A DNA stretch of 63,991 bases, filler included, from an uncultured bacterium (GCA_964449065.1; 10 parts of 10 records of this genome joined end to end with filler, not necessarily neighbours in it); one strand, 5' to 3'. Shown: positions 1 to 9,925, counted from the first letter of the whole stretch. Numbers and translations: made by a program. The notes: generated by a model not told the origin, from the sequence alone.

Positions 1-1420
1 TCAGCCGCAGCAAACACAAATGCCCCGCGTGTGATGACGGAAAGCCGGAAACCTCCACATCATAGCGCATCAGCGTTTCATCATTCGATAGGCTGTGATC
101 TTTGCCTTCAAAAAATTCTTTCTGAAAGTACCAGCAAGGTCCCCAAGTCAAAACACACGCCACATTCAAATCTTCACCCATCGCCTGGCGGAACATGCTG
201 ACCGGGCTAACCCCTTCCATCGGCGACTCATAATGGCTGCATCCCGCCGCATGAACATGGTGGTCACCGCTGATCCACCCGCGCTCGCGCATGTGAATCC
301 AGCGTTGGAGTTGAAACTCAACGTCAATCGATTTCACTTCATCCGGAACGGTAATCACTTTGGATTGAGACAAGTATTCCGGCCCGCGCGTAAAATCCAC
401 CCGGTATTGCCCCGGCGGCAGCGGCACCGATTCGCCATCCATGCGGTACACCTGCGGGTGGAAGAAGAAATCGGGATAGTCTTTATCAGAAGCCAACCGT
501 CGAGACGGTAACGGATAAATGCCGGTCAACCGTTTGGGATAGATGCCGGTCTCGTTCGACGGACGGCTTTCCCAATTGCGGCGGCGCGCCATATTCAGGC
601 GGTAGTCGCGCGGGAACGGATTGGTATTTTCATCGGCCACAATCCGCTCAATATCATCGGTGATGACGAAGGATGCCATCGTGGGCGAACCATCATCATC
701 CTTCACCCGAAACACCACATCCACAGCGGGTTTGCAGTCAAACAAAATATCCACCGTATTGCGGAACCCGATATCCTGCGTGCCCTGCCCAATGTTAAAC
801 CCGATGCGCGCCTCCCGTCTGCCCACATCCTTGGTGTAAATCTGCAAGATGGCATATTCCAACGTCATGCCGGAAAGTTCCGGTTTCATCGGGCGGCGGG
901 TATACATATACAGTTCCAAAAAACGGTTGGCCACTTCGCCGGGGCTGAGTACATTTTCTTCTTTTACCCGTTTTGCGCCCGTCGAGCGGTGCAGCAGCGG
1001 CTCCGCGTTGGGGCTTTCCGCTTTCAACTCGGCATTGCTGCCCGCTTCGTTATGCACTTTGATCAAAAAACTCTTCCAGCCGTTTTGCATCAACACCGCG
1101 GGGGCTTCTCCCTGAAACACCTTCACCCGCGATTCCGGATTGATGGCCACCATCGCCAGGCAGTATGGATCCAGTATCTCCTGAATCTCCCGCGACACAT
1201 CATCCGATGGAGCCATTTGGCGCAGCTCATGCAAACGCGTGGCATCCTCATTGCGCAGCCCGCTGCCCAAAAAGGTCAGCGATTCATGCAAGCGCTGCGA
1301 CATCGCCGCGAACGGCTGGTTCTCCACCCCGGTAACAATCGGCAAGGGGTCGGCTGATGCTGTCGTCTGGAAAAGAGTAGTGATCACATAAATGATAAAA
1401 AGTTGAGTACAACGGCCCAT
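1..1420 (-). CDS. Secreted CehA/McbA-family (PHP-like) metallohydrolase, 3' end beyond the window edge
   Basis: Absent from the ORF track because it has no stop. Manual translation from ATG 1420 (GGAGG RBS upstream) gives MGRCTQLFIIYVITTLFQTTASADPLP... open to base 1, with a signal-peptide-like start and the motifs GWISGDHHVHAAGCSHY and YDVEVSGFPSSHAGH. Confidence 0.8.
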   Translation of the reverse strand, partial: MGRCTQLFIIYVITTLFQTTASADPLPIVTGVENQPFAAMSQRLHESLTFLGSGLRNEDATRLHELRQMAPSDDVSREIQEILDPYCLAMVAINPESRVKVFQGEAPAVLMQNGWKSFLIKVHNEAGSNAELKAESPNAEPLLHRSTGAKRVKEENVLSPGEVANRFLELYMYTRRPMKPELSGMTLEYAILQIYTKDVGRREARIGFNIGQGTQDIGFRNTVDILFDCKPAVDVVFRVKDDDGSPTMASFVITDDIERIVADENTNPFPRDYRLNMARRRNWESRPSNETGIYPKRLTGIYPLPSRRLASDKDYPDFFFHPQVYRMDGESVPLPPGQYRVDFTRGPEYLSQSKVITVPDEVKSIDVEFQLQRWIHMRERGWISGDHHVHAAGCSHYESPMEGVSPVSMFRQAMGEDLNVACVLTWGPCWYFQKEFFEGKDHSLSNDETLMRYDVEVSGFPSSHAGHLCLLRL

Positions 1421-1771
1421 ACTCGCACCTCCCGTTAATGCTGATTAAAATAGCAAGAATCATTCTCTCAAAAATAGTTGTAAATGAATAGTCAAAGAAA
1501 AGAAAAAAGGGAGACGAGGGAGATGAGGCAGATCAATAGGATGAATCGCTCACAACCGCCCGCATTCGCGGTTCCCCCGTCGCTGTAACCGATTGCATCT
1601 GTTCTAACGTTACCAAATAAATTGTGCCGCGTTAAGTTTGGATACCATCCCAATCAGGGATAAAATCAATTCATCCCATTCAAGCCGGATCGTTTTTCTT
1701 TATGATGTGCGTATTGTAATGCCGATTTTTTTATAAATCCAAAATACCCTAACCAAAGAAGGAGAAGTACC

Positions 1772-2317
1772 ATGAGACTCAAAGCCTTAACCCTAGCCGT
1801 ATGCAGTATCGCCGCCGTTGTTGCCATGCAGTTCGCCTTTGCGCAGGATATCCAACCCCGGGTCAGCCCCTACGCGGAAGTCTTGCAGCGCATCGGCACC
1901 ACCGATGTCAAAATCACCTACCACCGTCCCAGCGTCAAAGAGCGTGAAATTTGGGGGGGATTGGTCCCGTACAGCGATGAAAAACCCTGGCGTACCGGTG
2001 CCAATAACTCCACCGAAATTTCTCTCACCAAAGACGTGAAAATCAACGGCAAGGATTTAGCCGCCGGAACCTATACCTTTTACGCCCTGGTCGGTGAAGA
2101 TGAGTGGACCCTGATCTTCAACAAAAAGACCGGAACCTGGGGCGCGGGCAGCTACGATAAGAACGAAGACGCACTGCGCGTCATTGTACAGCCGCAGGAA
2201 TTCCCCATTCATGTGGAACAGATGATATATGTATTTACTGACGTCACACAAGAATCCGGTACAGCACACTTAATTTGGGAAAAATTAGCGGTTTCGTTTG
2301 AAATCGAAGCCGAATAA
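1772..2317 (+). CDS. DUF2911 domain secreted protein
   Basis: AAGGAG RBS, signal peptide, motifs ITYHRPSVKEREIWGGLVPY, WRTGAN, W..IFNK..G.WG...Y. Confidence 0.85.
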   Translation: MRLKALTLAVCSIAAVVAMQFAFAQDIQPRVSPYAEVLQRIGTTDVKITYHRPSVKEREIWGGLVPYSDEKPWRTGANNSTEISLTKDVKINGKDLAAGTYTFYALVGEDEWTLIFNKKTGTWGAGSYDKNEDALRVIVQPQEFPIHVEQMIYVFTDVTQESGTAHLIWEKLAVSFEIEAE

Positions 2318-2339
2318 TTCATAACGCGTACCAAAAATC

Positions 2340-2373
2340 AACGCTGTAGGAAATCCTTCCTACAGCGTTTTTT
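2340..2373 (+). terminator. Intrinsic terminator
   Basis: Perfect 13-bp stem AACGCTGTAGGAA-atcc-TTCCTACAGCGTT followed by a T run, just after the DUF2911 stop. Confidence 0.8.
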
Positions 2374-2455
2374 CTGTAAGTTCAAACCATTTCAATTGAT
2401 GGATGATGGTGATATAGTTGAAAATATGATTATTAAATATTGAAAGGAAATTGTC

Positions 2456-3253
2456 ATGTCTCTCATTCGATCCATCATGCTATCAAGCATTTTTCTACTC
2501 TCAACTGTAGGTCTTTCATTTTCAGCCAGCCACAAGGATGACAAAGAATGGATTCAACTCTTCAACGGCAAAAATCTGGACGGCTGGACCGTCAAAATCA
2601 AAGGCTATGAGTTGGGCAACAACTTCGGCGATACCTTCTATGTCGAAGACGGTGTGATGAAGGTGAAGTACGATGCCTATGACAAGTTCAACAAACGCTA
2701 CGGCCATATCTTTTACAAAGAACCATTCTCAAATTACATCCTGCGGGCGGAATACCGCTTTGTGGGCGAACAAGCCAACGGCGGCGAAGGCTGGGCGCTG
2801 CGCAACAGCGGTTTAATGCTGCACTGCCAAGACCCCGCAACGATGACCAAAAATCAAGACTTCCCCTGCTCTATCGAAGTACAGCTGCTGGGCGGTGATG
2901 GCGAAAACAAACGCACCACCGGCAATCTCTGTACCCCAGGCACCAACGTGGTTATGGACGGCGAACTCATTCAACGCCACTGCACCGGTTCCAGTTCCAA
3001 AACCTATCACGGCGAACAATGGGTCACGATTGAAGTCGAAGTCCACGGCAACGGCAAAGTCAAACACATCATGGACGGCGAAGTGGTATTGGAGTATGAA
3101 AAATCACAACTGGATGAGAGGGATTCAGATGCCAAACCATTAATCGAAGCGAACAACGGCGAAAAAATGCTGACCGGCGGTTACATCTCCCTGCAATCCG
3201 AAAGCCACCCAATCGAGTTCCGCAAGGTGGAAATCTTACCGTTGGAAGAATAA
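2456..3253 (+). CDS. DUF1080 / 3-keto-disaccharide hydrolase family secreted protein
   Basis: Signal peptide, WIQLFNGKNLDGW, NSGLMLH, EVQL, GGYISLQSESHPIEFRKVEI. Confidence 0.9.
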   Translation: MSLIRSIMLSSIFLLSTVGLSFSASHKDDKEWIQLFNGKNLDGWTVKIKGYELGNNFGDTFYVEDGVMKVKYDAYDKFNKRYGHIFYKEPFSNYILRAEYRFVGEQANGGEGWALRNSGLMLHCQDPATMTKNQDFPCSIEVQLLGGDGENKRTTGNLCTPGTNVVMDGELIQRHCTGSSSKTYHGEQWVTIEVEVHGNGKVKHIMDGEVVLEYEKSQLDERDSDAKPLIEANNGEKMLTGGYISLQSESHPIEFRKVEILPLEE

Positions 3254-3329
3254 ATTTTACGAATTCCACATGAAATGAGTGGAATCCGTCATGCACAAGC
3301 ATTAGCGCAGTGTTATACCCCCTTGCATA

Positions 3330-3530
3330 CTAAGGTTTACCAAAAACTTCAGTAAAGCATTTGCCAACGATTTGTTCATTATATTCGTTGTGGGTAACAC
3401 TGGCTTCCAGCCGGTGCGTCAATCCGTCCAACTCAATGTGAATACACTTCATAGAAGTTGTCCAAACAATATGTTTTAAATGGGCGGTTTTTGGGAGGGC
3501 AAACCTCCCGCCGAGCCGGAAACACGCTTT
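3330..3530 (+). mobile_element. Partial copy of MITE family 1 (one TIR plus two REP-like palindromes)
   Basis: Starts CTAAGGTTTACC and aligns by eye over about 200 bp to the reverse complement of 28325-28527; the second end was not found. Confidence 0.75.
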
Positions 3531-3595
3531 TCTTCCCCGATCACCAGAAATTAAATCAGCATGAAACCCTTAAATCTGAAAATACCCACGTTGTT

Positions 3596-3655
3596 ATTCG
3601 CGTGTATTAGCGTGCATTCGCGGCTTAAAAATGTGGTGCAGGCTTCCAGCCTGCC
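3596..3655. repeat. Short dispersed repeats (ATTCGCGTGTATTAGCGTGCATTCGCGG and REP-like GTGGTGCAGGCTTCCAGCCTGC)
   Basis: The first motif recurs inverted at 51510-51538; variants of the second occur at about 19404-19470 and 21145-21167. Confidence 0.6.
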
Positions 3656-4118
3656 GCCATATTCTGTTCAGCCCATAAAGTGAGTCACGCCATTCTAACT
3701 CACCACTCGTACCGAAAGCGGACATTTCATTTTTCTTTTGATATTAAATAAAACGTACTTCTGTTGAAACAGGATTTAAACGCAAGCAAAATGTTCTTGA
3801 ATTTTTTATAAAAATGTATTTAAAATCCATCTTTGATGTTGACATCCCACTTCCCAAATAGTACAATTTATTTTATGGTTAATATATCCAAATTAGTTTT
3901 AAACGAACCCGAATCACCGGCATAACAAAAACATTCATGAAGGTTACGAATTGAATACACAACTTCCGGTAAAATTCCATCGGTGGTTATAAATGGACTC
4001 TTTGTAGTCCGTTCATGAACTTCTTGCAATCCGTAAGTTTGAGCCTTTCGTATCCTGCATAATCTCAATCCAACGGTCTTGAAAGACTACCGGTTTGGTT
4101 CACTATTCTTAAGGATGT

Positions 4119-4667
4119 GTGCAATTGAAAACGAAATCCATCAATCCACCCCCGGCTGAAGAAGCCGTGATGCTCAACAAGTCCTCTGAATCTTGGTTGA
4201 GCAATCTACCGCGGCAAATCGGTGTCCTACCCTTTGCGGCCGCGCTTCTCTTTGGCATGTTGGTGGGGCTCGGTTTCTTCACCTTCGATTATGGCGAAGG
4301 CGCGTCTTACCTTTCCAATGATCCGGCGGCCTGCGCGAATTGCCATATCATGCAAGACCACTACGATGCTTGGCTGAATTCCAGTCATAAAAACGTGGCC
4401 ACCTGCAACGATTGCCACCTCCCCCACAATTATGTAGGCAAGTGGATCACAAAAACCGACAACGGATTCTTCCATTCCCTTGCCTTTACCACGGGTAATT
4501 TTCACGAACCCATCCAAATCAAACCCCGCAACGCGCGGGTCACGCAGAATGCTTGTCTGTATTGCCACAGCGATTTTGTCAACAACATGCTCCCGCACCA
4601 ATCCGGCGGAGACATGCTTTCTTGCGTGAAATGCCACAGCGACGTCGGCCACGATGAACGGCCATAA
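4119..4667 (+). CDS. nrfH: Cytochrome c nitrite reductase small subunit (tetraheme NapC/NirT family)
   Basis: N-terminal TM helix, YLSNDPAACANCH, four CXXCH motifs (CANCH, CNDCH, CLYCH, CVKCH), directly upstream of nrfA; start may be ATG 4170. Confidence 0.95.
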   Translation: MQLKTKSINPPPAEEAVMLNKSSESWLSNLPRQIGVLPFAAALLFGMLVGLGFFTFDYGEGASYLSNDPAACANCHIMQDHYDAWLNSSHKNVATCNDCHLPHNYVGKWITKTDNGFFHSLAFTTGNFHEPIQIKPRNARVTQNACLYCHSDFVNNMLPHQSGGDMLSCVKCHSDVGHDERP

Positions 4668-6387
4668 TGATATTTCGACGGAGGTCAAAAAAACGATCAT
4701 GAATACAGAAAACAATCCGCAACCGGTAAAAACAAAAGACCGCAAATGGTATCTAATCCTTTCCGCCCTCTTCGTAGTGGTGGCCGCGGCTACCTTTATC
4801 ATCACGTTTGTCCTCGTGACCATGTTCGAGCACAAACAAGACGCCCGGCAGCCCTACCTTCGCGTAGCCGAAATCGATGAAACCACGACAGATCCCTCCG
4901 TATGGGGCTTGAACTGGCCGCACCAGTATGACCAATATCTCATGACCGCCGAATCGGAATTTTACGGCGGATCCAGCGCAATGACGGCCAGCAAACTCGA
5001 AAAAGACCCGTGGCTGAAACGCCTCTATGCCGGGTACGCCTTCAGTTTGGATTACCGCGAAGCACGCGGCCACGCCTACATGCTTCACGATCAGGTACTG
5101 ACGGAGCGTGTCACGGAACGGTCGCAGTCGGGTGCCTGCCTTCACTGCCACGCTTCCAACACCGTGCTGTACCGTAAAGTCGGCTTGGAAGCCATGGGAA
5201 AACCCGCCACACCCGAAGCGCTTGCCGACGAAGATTTTCAGATGGAAGCGGTCATCAGAGGATTCCAAGAATTGAGCACCTTGCCTTATCATCACGTGCT
5301 TGCACAACTCACACAGGTGCCCGATGGCACACCGGATGATGACACACCAATCGCGCCTCCGCCGCCCGTCGAAGGGTTCGATCAATCCGAACTGACCGAA
5401 AAGCACTTCAACATGAGCGAAGCCCATCCGGTCAGCTGCATCGACTGCCATGATCCCGAAACCATGAAAATCCGCGTAACCCGCCCGGGGTTTATGCAAG
5501 GAATCGCGGATCTGGCCAAAAGCGAAGAACCGGTTCCGCACCTGCCAAGCATCGAACGCTGGCGAAAGGGCAACCGCGAAGAACCTTACAATCCAAACCA
5601 ATTGGCTTCCCGCCAGGAAATGCGTTCCATGGCTTGCGGCCAATGCCACGTCGAATACTACTGCGCCAACAAGATGACCCTAACGTTCCCTTGGGGCAAT
5701 GGCTTAAAAGTCGAACAAATCGAACAGTATTGGAATGAACAGCAATTCCCTGATGGATCCGATTTTTATGACTACACACATGGCGAAACCGGGGCGAAGG
5801 CGTTTAAAGCCCAACACCCTGAATTCGAGTTGTGGAGCCAGGGCATCCACGCCCGTTCCGGTGTCAGTTGTGCCGATTGCCACATGCCTTATGAACGCCA
5901 GGGCGCCATGAAACTCAGCAGCCACAACGTGCGCAGCCCCATGGAAAATATCAACAACGCCTGCCAAACCTGCCACAATGTTGAAGAAAACGAGCTGCGC
6001 GATCGTGTTCGCGCCATACAAGACCGTACCGTAACGCTCATGCAGCGTGCCGCGGTTGCCATGACCGACATGCTTGATACAGTCCTCGAAGCCAAAGCCG
6101 CGGGGATATCCGACGAGCAGCTCTCGGAAATTTATGATTTACAGAGTAAGGCCATGTGGCGGCTCGATTATATCAGTAGTGAAAACTCCAAAGGATTCCA
6201 TGCCGACCAAGAAGCAGCCCGAACCCTGGCCGAATCCATCGATTACAGCCGCCAGGCGCAGGCTTTAGCGGCCAAACTCCGCGCGCCGGAAGCACCCAGC
6301 ACGGAAGACCTCCCCCGTGAATCGATACAAGGCATCACCCCGGACGAGGAAGCCCCGGTCACCCAAGACCGGCCAACCAATGAATAA
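4654..6387 (+). CDS. nrfA: Ammonia-forming pentaheme cytochrome c nitrite reductase (CXXCH-type heme 1)
   Basis: YAGYAFS.DY.EARGH, five heme motifs CLHCH/CIDCH/CGQCH/CADCH/CQTCH, CHVEYY, KAQHPEFE, SENSKGFH; start may be ATG 4699. Confidence 0.95.
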   Translation: MNGHNDISTEVKKTIMNTENNPQPVKTKDRKWYLILSALFVVVAAATFIITFVLVTMFEHKQDARQPYLRVAEIDETTTDPSVWGLNWPHQYDQYLMTAESEFYGGSSAMTASKLEKDPWLKRLYAGYAFSLDYREARGHAYMLHDQVLTERVTERSQSGACLHCHASNTVLYRKVGLEAMGKPATPEALADEDFQMEAVIRGFQELSTLPYHHVLAQLTQVPDGTPDDDTPIAPPPPVEGFDQSELTEKHFNMSEAHPVSCIDCHDPETMKIRVTRPGFMQGIADLAKSEEPVPHLPSIERWRKGNREEPYNPNQLASRQEMRSMACGQCHVEYYCANKMTLTFPWGNGLKVEQIEQYWNEQQFPDGSDFYDYTHGETGAKAFKAQHPEFELWSQGIHARSGVSCADCHMPYERQGAMKLSSHNVRSPMENINNACQTCHNVEENELRDRVRAIQDRTVTLMQRAAVAMTDMLDTVLEAKAAGISDEQLSEIYDLQSKAMWRLDYISSENSKGFHADQEAARTLAESIDYSRQAQALAAKLRAPEAPSTEDLPRESIQGITPDEEAPVTQDRPTNE

Positions 6388-6474
6388 CTCACATTACGCA
6401 CTACATTATGATATGCCCGTTTTTCTAATCGTTCGCTGAATCTATCACCCTCTCCCACCGGGAGAGGGCCGGGG
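6385..6474. mobile_element. End of MITE family 2 with CCCTCTCCC/GGGAGAGGG hairpin, at a contig break
   Basis: TAACTCACATTACGCACTACATTATGATATGCCC... nearly identical to 32459-32513 and matching the reverse complement of about 12985-13042. Confidence 0.7.
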
Positions 6475-6574
6475 NNNNNNNNNNNNNNNNNNNNNNNNNN
6501 NNNNNNNNNNNNNNNNNNTTAATTAATTAANNNNNNNNNNNNNNNNNNNNNNNNNNNNNNNNNNNNNNNNNNNN
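6475..6574. other. Artificial contig spacer (also at 13043-13142, 19604-19703, 26084-26183, 32514-32613, 38906-39005, 45285-45384, 51626-51725, 57958-58057)
   Basis: Identical N44-TTAATTAATTAA-N44 blocks with stops in all six frames; contig lengths decrease monotonically. Confidence 0.98.
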
Positions 6575-6755
6575 ACAAGGCGCGAAAATCACGCCAGCGG
6601 TTGCGGCGGTCGCGGTAGGCATACTGCAATCCTTTGAACACGCCGTTGCGGGCGGCGCGAATCTGATTGCGGCGCCCCATCCGCGAGCCTTTGGCTTGCT
6701 TTAAAATCTTTTTGCGTTTGTTTCTTGATGTAACTTGGCTGATTGCGCGCGGCAT
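6575..6755 (-). CDS. rplT: 50S ribosomal protein L20 (3' truncated)
   Basis: [23 protein letters not shown]...[15 protein letters not shown], located after rpmI. Confidence 0.95.
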
Positions 6756-6832
6756 CTCTCTACTCCTCTTTTAGGGTTCGCAAAAGGGTCAAAACCCGGG
6801 CACAGAATTGTGCGCCCCTCCCGGTTGGTGTA

Positions 6833-7039
6833 TTACCCTCCGGCTAACATGCGAATGACACGTTTCTTCTCGCAGGGCGACACCAAAGTTTGTTGACGCA
6901 GATGGCGCTTTTGTTTGGTGCTTTTGGCGCGGCGAAGGTGGCGAAGATATGCCCGTTCGCGTTTGATCTTTCCGTTTTTCGTGAGGCGAAACCGCTTGGC
7001 GGCGCCCCGTTTGGTTTTCATTTTTGCTCCGGAAGCCAT
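6833..7039 (-). CDS. rpmI: 50S ribosomal protein L35
   Basis: [22 protein letters not shown]...H; infC-rpmI-rplT synteny. Confidence 0.95.
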   Translation of the reverse strand: MASGAKMKTKRGAAKRFRLTKNGKIKRERAYLRHLRRAKSTKQKRHLRQQTLVSPCEKKRVIRMLAGG

Positions 7040-7160
7040 GTGTATTACTCCAAAGTCATTCTTTCCTGTTCTAAATAAACAAGTAGAAAAGTATAGTCAA
7101 GGATAACCCATTGCAAAGGGTTAAAGCAGGATTATTTTCATCGCTCTTGCCTGGAATGTT

Positions 7161-7766
7161 TTATTCCCCGGAATCATCCGGATTCGATGGGGTCTGTTCT
7201 TCCTCGGGTTTCACTTCTTTTTTCGGCTTTTTAGGGTCCGGCGCCATGGTCATATTAATAAATCGGCCTTCCTGCTTGGGCGCTTGTTCAATGATTGCTA
7301 TATCATTTAAATCATCAATCACCCGCTGCATGACATCCATACCCAGTTCCTTGTGTGCCATCTCACGTCCACGGAATTGCATAATAAACCGCACTTTATC
7401 ATCGTGTTCTAAAAACTTTATCGCGTTTTGCAGCTTAAAATGGTAATCATGTTCATCAATACGCGGGCGCATTTTGATTTCTTTCACAACGATTTTCTTT
7501 TGCTTCTTTTTGGCTTCTTTCTCTTTTTTCGACTTTTCGTATTTAAATTGGCCGTAATCCATGATTCGGCAAACATGTGGTTTGCCTTTATCTCCCACTT
7601 CCACCAAATCCAAATCGGCTTCTTGAGCTCGTTTCAGGGCATCTTGTATCGGAACAACACCCATGTGTTCGCCTTCCGCGTCAATCAAGCGGACTTCGTC
7701 TTCACGAATCATTTCGTTGATACGAGTGGTATCTTTTTTCGACCTGTAAACTTTACCTTTTTTAAT
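7161..7766 (-). CDS. infC: Translation initiation factor IF-3 (probable ATT start at 7766)
   Basis: RINEMIR..EVRLID, LDLVEV, CRIMDYGQFKYE, KEIKMRPRIDEHDY, FRGREMAH; the ORF track starts at GTG 7775. Confidence 0.95.
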   Translation of the reverse strand: MKKGKVYRSKKDTTRINEMIREDEVRLIDAEGEHMGVVPIQDALKRAQEADLDLVEVGDKGKPHVCRIMDYGQFKYEKSKKEKEAKKKQKKIVVKEIKMRPRIDEHDYHFKLQNAIKFLEHDDKVRFIMQFRGREMAHKELGMDVMQRVIDDLNDIAIIEQAPKQEGRFINMTMAPDPKKPKKEVKPEEEQTPSNPDDSGE

Positions 7767-7806
7767 AAGAATCACACTCCTTCCAGTGGTCTTTATTTTT
7801 CTTGCG

Positions 7807-9747
7807 TTAGTATGACAGGTTTTTAAATTGTGGAATAGCCATTTCGGTTTGCAGCAGCTCGATCAATTGATTGATGGACATGGTGCCATGGTCTTTGCGG
7901 CCGCGTTCACGGACCGCTACCGTGCGTTCTTCCATTTCCCGGTTGCCGGTCACAAGCATAAAGGGAATTTTTTCTTTTTCCGCCTCGCGAATTTTAAAGC
8001 CGATTTTTTCGTTGCGGTCATCCAACTCCACCCGAAAATTTAAATCGGCCAATTGTTTTCTCAATTCTTCCGCATAAGGCAGTTGGTCATCGGTGATGGT
8101 TAACACTTTCACTTGCACCGGCGCCAGCCATCCCGGAAAAGCGCCTTTGTAATGCTCGATCAGGTTTCCAAAAAAACGCTCCATGGAACCCAATACCGTG
8201 CGGTGAATCATAACAACCTTGTCGCGCTCGCCACCGCTGTTGACATACTCTATATTAAAGCGTTCCGGAAAGTTGAAATCCAGTTGGAAGGTTGGACCCT
8301 GCCATTCTCTGCCAAGAGCGTCCAGCAGTTTCACATCGATTTTGGGGCCATAAAATGCGCCGCCGCCTTCTTCAACGTCGTAATCTTTGCCTTTGCTTTC
8401 CAACGCGTTGCGCAAGGATTGCGTGGATTTTTCCCAAATTTCATCCGAACCGATGGATTTTTCCGGCCGGGTAGAAAGATACAACTTATACTCAAACCCA
8501 AAGGCCTTCATCATGAAGTCTGCCAGTTGGATGACGCCCTCTATCTCTTCTTCGATTTGATCCGGTGTACAAAAGATATGGGCATCATCTTGGGTGAAAC
8601 CGCGAACACGTAAAAGGCCGTGTAAAGCACCTGAGCGCTCAAAGCGGTATACCGTCCCCAACTCGGCATAACGGATCGGAAGATCACGATAACTGCGTAA
8701 CTGCGATTGGTAAATCAATACATGACCGGGGCAATTCATCGGCTTGGCATAATAATCATTGTCATCAATTTCCATTGCCGAGAACATATTCTCTTTAAAG
8801 TTCTCTAAATGACCAGACTTAGAGAACATGTTTTCACGTTGAATGTGAGGGGTAAACACCAACTCATATCCGCTTTTATAATGGATATCACGCCAGAATG
8901 TTTCGATAATATTTCGAACCCGTGCCCCTTTCGCGTGCCAAAACACCAAACCGACACCGGCTTCTTCATGGATACTGAATAAGTCCAGTTCTTTTCCTAA
9001 CTTACGATGGTCACGCTCTTTGGCTTCTTCCAGTTTTTTGAGGTAGACTTTGAGTTCTTTTTCAGACGCCGCAGCAGTTCCGTAAATGCGCTGGAGCATT
9101 TGACGGCGCTCATCTCCACGCCAATAGGCACCGGCTGTGTTCAATAACTTAAAGTGCTTTAGCATCCCCGTATGAGGGATATGCGGGCCGCGGCACATAT
9201 CGGTAAATTCACCTTGTTTATAAAAACTGAATGTATCGTCATCAAAATCTTCGATCAATTCAACTTTATAATCTTGGTTTCGCTCTTTGTAATATCGCAA
9301 TGCGTCTTCTCGCGACATCACGAACCGTTCTACCGGAATCTCGTCATTGGCCCGTTCCTGCATGCGTTTTTCGATTTGTTCCAAATCATCCGGTGTAAAC
9401 GGTTTCTCAATCTCAAAGTCGTAGTAATAACCATGTTCAATCGGAGGTCCGATCGCTAACTTCGCTTCCGGAAATAATTCTGTGACCGCCTGTGCCATCA
9501 AGTGAGTCGTACTGTGATATACCACCTCTTGACCTTCTGGATCTTTAAACGTCAAGAATTTTAGGTTGCCGCTTTCTGTTAACGGAGCCGTTAAATCAAT
9601 GACTTGATCATTGAACTTGGCTGCAACAACCTTTTTGCGGCTATGGGGAGAGTGCTCCAACAAATCCGCTGGTGTTGTATCTTTCGGAACAGTTATGGAA
9701 TTCGGTTGGCCTTCAATACAAAGCGTGATGGTAGAAGTTTCTGACAT
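7807..9747 (-). CDS. thrS: Threonyl-tRNA synthetase
   Basis: TGS domain, HSTTHLMAQAV, DMCRGPH, RDHRKLG, KPMNCPGH, RVRGFTQDDAH, MIHRTVLGSMERF. Confidence 0.98.
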   Translation of the reverse strand: MSETSTITLCIEGQPNSITVPKDTTPADLLEHSPHSRKKVVAAKFNDQVIDLTAPLTESGNLKFLTFKDPEGQEVVYHSTTHLMAQAVTELFPEAKLAIGPPIEHGYYYDFEIEKPFTPDDLEQIEKRMQERANDEIPVERFVMSREDALRYYKERNQDYKVELIEDFDDDTFSFYKQGEFTDMCRGPHIPHTGMLKHFKLLNTAGAYWRGDERRQMLQRIYGTAAASEKELKVYLKKLEEAKERDHRKLGKELDLFSIHEEAGVGLVFWHAKGARVRNIIETFWRDIHYKSGYELVFTPHIQRENMFSKSGHLENFKENMFSAMEIDDNDYYAKPMNCPGHVLIYQSQLRSYRDLPIRYAELGTVYRFERSGALHGLLRVRGFTQDDAHIFCTPDQIEEEIEGVIQLADFMMKAFGFEYKLYLSTRPEKSIGSDEIWEKSTQSLRNALESKGKDYDVEEGGGAFYGPKIDVKLLDALGREWQGPTFQLDFNFPERFNIEYVNSGGERDKVVMIHRTVLGSMERFFGNLIEHYKGAFPGWLAPVQVKVLTITDDQLPYAEELRKQLADLNFRVELDDRNEKIGFKIREAEKEKIPFMLVTGNREMEERTVAVRERGRKDHGTMSINQLIELLQTEMAIPQFKNLSY

Positions 9748-9841
9748 TCGGAATTAAACAAAACTGCCTTTCGGCTAGATTTTCCTCCAAAATTAGTAGC
9801 ATCCATTCAAACAGATGCAGAAAAAATTTCTCAAGTAAATT

Positions 9842-9915
9842 TGGGTCGTACTGGACTCGAACCAGTGACCTCTTGCATGTCAAGCAAGCACTCTAACCAG
9901 CTGAGCTAACGACCC
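9842..9915 (-). tRNA. tRNA-Val (GAC)
   Basis: GGGTCGTTAGCTCAGCTGGTTAGAGTGCTTGCTTGACATGCAAGAGGTCACTGGTTCGAGTCCAGTACGACCCA folds as a cloverleaf; CCA not encoded. Confidence 0.95.
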
Positions 9916-9925
9916 GGTTTTTTGT

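Noticed and set aside
3735..3850. FNR/Crp box upstream of nrfH
   Set aside because: Only TTGAT half-sites are present, with no convincing ATCAA partner at the right spacing.
6519..6530. Recurrent TTAATTAATTAA palindrome every ~6.3 kb
   Set aside because: It is an artificial contig linker inside N runs. ORFs running through it are artefacts, and gene adjacency across linkers is meaningless.
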